Source: Saprolegnia diclina VS20
Lineage: Eukaryota
DNA: 51,611 nt
Direction: 5' to 3'
Assembly: GCF_000281045.1 (NCBI RefSeq)
Contig: NW_008246075.1
Coordinates: 520,761 to 572,371 of the forward strand
The notes under the pieces are model-generated. The model ran no database searches. It saw nothing but the letters and a program-made list of their open reading frames with translations, and had not been told where the DNA came from. The position numbers were made by a program, and so were the translations under genes. Below, piece by piece: positions 46,857 to 51,611 of this stretch; positions within the stretch are counted from its first letter, which is position 1; each line of letters begins with the position of its first letter.

Positions 46857-48561
46857 ATGTACGACAAAGCAAAGCAGGATTTCCTCACAGCCTTGCGCAC
46901 GATGGCGGTCGATGCGAAGAAGCTCGTGGTGCCCCTTGCGTGCCTCATCCTCTCGCGTTGCGTCGACCGCGTCCTCGACACGTACCTTGAGTACCGACTG
47001 GCAACCTACTTTATGGCGAGTGTAGGCGCATCACGTACGCCTACGGGCCGTTTCTATGGTACTTTTCCAATATAATCCTCCCGATCGCCTTCATGGTCAC
47101 GTCGTGGCCCGTCGTGTGGTAAGGTCACGCCGAACTTGACGTTCGAGCGCTCAATGCGAAGCGTTGGTAGGTACAAGATGTGGTTTACGGACGAAATCAC
47201 ACCCGAGATGCACAAGTTTCCGCACTACAAGTACGCGCTCATGGGCTTTTTTGACACGGCGTACAACCTCCTCGCTGCGTTCCCGACGCCGCACATTGGG
47301 TATTCCACAAACTGGATTCGTTCGACTGAATCTAGATCTGAATATGGATTTGGTTGTAGTGGCAATTTTGCCAACGTGCTCGACCAGCTCAACTTGCCGT
47401 TCAACATGGTGCTCTCGGCGATCTTCCTCAACACCAAGTACAAGCGCTGCCACATTCTTGGCGCGATCCTCGTACTCTACGGCGGCTTTGTCAACATGAT
47501 TCCTCTCTTCACGGGCGGCAAGACGCTCAACATGCCGGACCCCAGCGCCTTTTGGATCCTTCTCTACATCTCGGCGCTACTTCCGGCGGCAGCCTCCAAC
47601 GGTATCTGACTAATTTGCTGGCCTCGTTTCTGATGGGGTACACGGACAGTCTACAAGGAAATTGGCTTGAAGGACGTGGATCTGGATATCTGGTACGCCA
47701 ACGCGTGGATCAGCTTTTACCAGATTCTCTTTGGTATTCTCACCATTTGGACGATTCGGGTACGTTCTCGCCAACAACATTGGCATTGATAAATCATGAT
47801 TTATGAACAGGTCCCAGCGCTATGCGACCCGCCAGTGCCGTGGTCGGAGTTTGTGCCGTACGTTGGAAAGGCCCACGATTGCTTTCTCGGGCGACCTGTC
47901 GAGCTGAACGGCGAGCATCTTCCGTGCGACGAAGGTGTCTTTACTACGTTTCTCTGGTTCATCCTCTTCAACATGACGTACAACCAGGTACTCTGCACCA
48001 TGCCATCTCTCGTCCTAACAGCTCTTATTTGGACGTAGCTGATGTTGTACATCTTCAAGGAAGGCAGCAGCGTCCTCTTTGTGGTCTCGTCGGCCATTTG
48101 CCTCCCTTTGACAGACGTTCTGTACATGATTCCGTTCATCACGGGCGCGGACGCGTCGCAAACGTTTACGATCTACGACGGGTTTGCGCTCTTTGTTCTT
48201 GTGGTACGACCATCAGATCTGATTTGAGTCGAGATCTAGAGCTTGTTTATTCTAGATTGGCCTTTTAGTCTACCACTCGGAGAAGGAGAAGCGCGTGAGC
48301 GAAGGTGGAAGCCGGTCCATCGACAAGTCGCCCATGTTCACGTCGCCAACGCTCCAGCGCACGCACCTCATGCGGTCGCAGCGCGGCCGCGTCGTATATC
48401 GGCAGAGCCCTCTGTTTCCAGGCAAGAGCCCGCTCTTGCGTCGGTCCAACTCGCCAGCTCGCCCGACGTACGGCACACCCGACCGGTCGCGTCCGTTGCG
48501 TACGCCCGAGACACCGAAAAAGAAGAAACAAAAGAAGAAGGCGGCCGAGGCCATGGTGTAG
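46857..48561 (+). CDS. CRT-like (chloroquine resistance transporter/CLT family, DMT superfamily) transporter, copy A; multi-exon
   Basis: Multi-TM. FPHYKYALMGFFD, QLNLPFNMVLSAIFLNTKY..HILGA, PAAASN|VYKEIGLK..LDIWYANAWISFYQ, FILFNMTYN, KEGSSVLFVVSSAICLPL. Confidence 0.85.
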
Positions 48562-49037
48562 ACCAGGAACGCCTAGATTGAAGCGCGTCGAACGGCTGGG
48601 GCGTTGACGTGATCTGTAAACGGGATGAGAAACCACGCAAGTCAACAAAGTAACATGAAGTATGCGAATGGTGTTTTGTGCATTTTGTGTAAACGAACGA
48701 TGAGGCCAGATGTAGGTCATCGTGCACCTGGATCGTCGAAAACAACGTCTTCGACAACCATAAGTTCTTAGGTTCTGTGGTACTATAGCAGGTTGGTAGT
48801 GACGCGTTGTGTACAGCAGAGACATCTTGCTATCTGGCTCGGGCAGGATGTCGAGGCGCCGCCACCAAGCATTGACGAATCTATCTCCGAGGCAAAACGT
48901 TGATCAACCCAAGCGAGAGCAAAAAACAAGCGCTCGATTGATATCTTGATAATTCGACATACAGGCAAAACTATCCAAGCTCGACACGTTTCCAGCTTGA
49001 AACTCTCGATTACTACTGCTTTCGCTTAGAGATGCCG

Positions 49038-50745
49038 TTAAACGACCTTGTCCGTCGCAGTGCTGCCATACGAGACCATGTTGCGCAACGACATGAGCGG
49101 GCGGGAGGGCGAGTTGCGCTGGCGAAACGTCGCGGGGCTCTGGTGGTACATGACGCGTCCTGGTCTCCGACATTAGACCGTATTTGCTGACAAATTCAAA
49201 GAAATACCTCGCTTGGCCCGCATCATTTGCGTCTTCTGAAAGCTTGGCGACGCAAACATGGGCGACTTTTCGACCGACTTGGTACCGGACGCATCCAAAC
49301 GCTGCTCCTTCTCGGAATGGTACACGAGAATCCCAATCTATCCATATACATTGGATACATCCAAACCACATAGCCAGGATACATACCACGAGCACAAAGA
49401 GAGCAAACGCATCGTAGAGCGTAAACGTCTGGGACGCATGCGCCCCCGCGAGGAACGGGAGCATGTACAACATGTCTGTCAACGGCAGGCAAATCGCCGA
49501 CGAGACCACAAAGAGAACGCTGCTGCCTTCCTTGAAGACAAACAGCATCAACTAATCAAAGGTCCTCAACGCAATTCCTCTCGACAGCACCAAGACAATA
49601 CTACGTACTTGGTTGTACACGAGGTTGAAGGCGAGGTAGAGGAGGAAGAGGAGAAAGACACTGTTGTGATCGCACGGCACGACGTCACCGTGGAGCGTGA
49701 CGTTGCGACCGAGGAAGCAGTCGTTGGCGGCCGCAATGTAGCCTGGAAACGCTGTCCATGCAATCGGCGGATCGCAAAACACTGGAATCTAGCAAAATAT
49801 CAACGAAATGATAAAAAAAAGCTTCAAAAACAGTAAAAAACGCGTACGCGGATCGTCCAGATCGTCAGAAGACCCCAGCCCACTTGGTACGTGCTGATCC
49901 ACGCGTTCGTGTACCAAATATCCAAATCGACGTCCTTCAAGCCAATCTCCTTGTAGACTATCCAGCGATATCGTTTTGGATACATTTTGACAGTGGTGGG
50001 TACCGTTCGAGAGCGCCGAGGGCACCATCGCGAACACATACATGCTGATCCAGCCGACGCTCGGGTCCGGCGAGTTGGCCGGGCGCTCGCCGTGCAGGAT
50101 TGGGATCATTGCGACCAGACCGCCGTAGACGACGAGGATCGCGCCAAGCACGTGGATGCGCCGGTACTTGGTTTTGAGAAAGAGATACGACATGATCATG
50201 TTGAACGGCAGGTTCACTTGCCCGAGCACATTGGCGAGGTTGCCGCTAAGGCCAGTCATCAATACACCGCAAACGATATGTCCATGAAGGTTCACCCAAT
50301 GTGCGGCGTCGGGAAGGCCGCCAAGAAACCACAAACCATGTCGAGGAGCGCCATGTAGGCGAAGCGCGACGTCGGAAACGCCTTCATCTGGGGCGTCACG
50401 TCCTCTACGCAACATGCAATGACGCAACAAAAACAGATCGTATGCCTACTCGTAAACCAGAGCTTGTACCACACGATGGGCCAGCACGTCAAGGCAAAGG
50501 CGAGCGGGCAAATAATGTTGGAAAAATACCACAAAAATGGCCCAAACTCAAACGTAATGCGCCTACGCGGTGCGTCGATCGACCAGCTCGGTCATACGAA
50601 CGTACGTGTAGACGACGCGGTCGACGCAGCGCGCGACGATGAGGACGACGAGCGCGAGTGCGAGCTTCGAGTCTCCGAATCCGTGCATGCCAATCAAAAG
50701 GTGTGCTTGGATCGCAAGATGCGGCTGTCCGGATACATCGCCCAT
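49038..50745 (-). CDS. CRT-like transporter, copy B; multi-exon
   Basis: FPTSRFAYMALLD, QVNLPFNMIMSYLFLKTKY..HVLGA, PSALSN|VYKEIGLKDVDLDIWYTNAWISTYQ, KEGSSVLFVVSSAICLPLTD. Intron positions match copy A. 5' end approximate. Confidence 0.83.
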
Positions 50746-51611
50746 GAGACAGACGTATTTTTAATGTGCCTTTTATGGCCAATTCACTTGGTTTTGTAGG
50801 CGACCACGCATAGTGTTTGATGCAAACGGTAACCGGACATGGAGCGCCACAACTTCAACCCGACAAGCAAAGATCTCCATGGCTACATGAAAGCGTCGAC
50901 GAGCGCTGGCTCAGACTACGTAGTCCCCTCGAGAATCTATAGCTTTGAGCTCCTTGGTAGTCATATTTAACGTAAAGAGGACGGGCAAACTGACTGCGAA
51001 AATAAAATGGGATCAAATACAGACCTAAGATCCTGAACAAAAGCTACCTGTTGTTCAGAAGTAGCATGCCTGGGATGGTGGCCACCAAGTCCTGGCTAAA
51101 TACAGTGGGGGATGCGCGGGGGACTCTATCGAGCTCCTTCCTAGGTAACTGGATGTTATCGTTGTCAACTCGTTCTCGCCGCCCAACACGGGGTAGCCAG
51201 CGACGCTTGTTGCGTCTGTGTTGAGCTCCAAACTCGCTCGATGACAATATGTTATTTCGAGTGAGTTTGGGCTCAACACGTCGTGCGAACGTGGGATGCA
51301 GCCTCCGAATCTACTATCCGGAGGAACACTTTTCGTCGTGGGTTTGTGTCCCATAAACGAAGCGAACGCGAGTGTACGGTTGGTTGCCGGCTTTATCCAT
51401 ACCAAACGACATGGGGACGGACGCGCTAGTATGGAGCAAATGCGAAGAAGGTATCATTTTTCAATTGGCGTTCTTATGGTATCGGTGTACTACATTCAAG
51501 GCTTCCTCGCGCTCGCAGCGGTTGCCTTTGCTGCTCAAGAAGCGCCCGCGGACGCAATGACGTTTGGCCGACTTGTCGACTGCGATGACAACAATGGTGG
51601 CGGTCGCTGGA

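Noticed and set aside
1..51611. CRISPR arrays, rRNA genes, intact transposases or LTR elements
   Set aside because: No repeat-spacer periodicity, rRNA-like sequence or intact RT/integrase/DDE ORF was seen; the contents of the three gaps are unknown.

Overview
Gene-dense eukaryotic genomic DNA with three assembly gaps. It is almost certainly an oomycete, probably Saprolegniales (inferred from GC-rich codons, short ~40-60 nt GT-AG introns, an oomycete-type INR/FPR promoter element, CCAAT boxes, a flagellar DRC1 gene and oomycete-style secreted proteins). Recognisable genes in order: a bZIP factor with a DOG1-like C-terminus, a Pro-rich protein with CxH..CxxC repeats, a secreted Cys-rich possibly GPI-anchored protein, RPLP1, GCN5, a single-TM protein, two tandem membrane-anchored cyclophilins, a GIN/DUF2807-like repeat protein, PAN2, DBR1, a PI3-kinase, a small secreted Cys-rich protein, a myosin, DRC1, PPIL3, a tandem ParB/Srx (SerK/SbnI-like) protein and two convergent CRT-like transporters. 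Three signals stand out: (1) the internally duplicated SerK/SbnI-like putative free-serine kinase, divergent from the CRT-like pair; (2) a class-I-like PI3K whose exons splice in frame to N-terminal cNMP-binding-like and GAF-like domains; (3) two back-to-back perfect 21-22 bp palindromes at 27284-27370. All family assignments come from motif recognition by eye; no database search was run.
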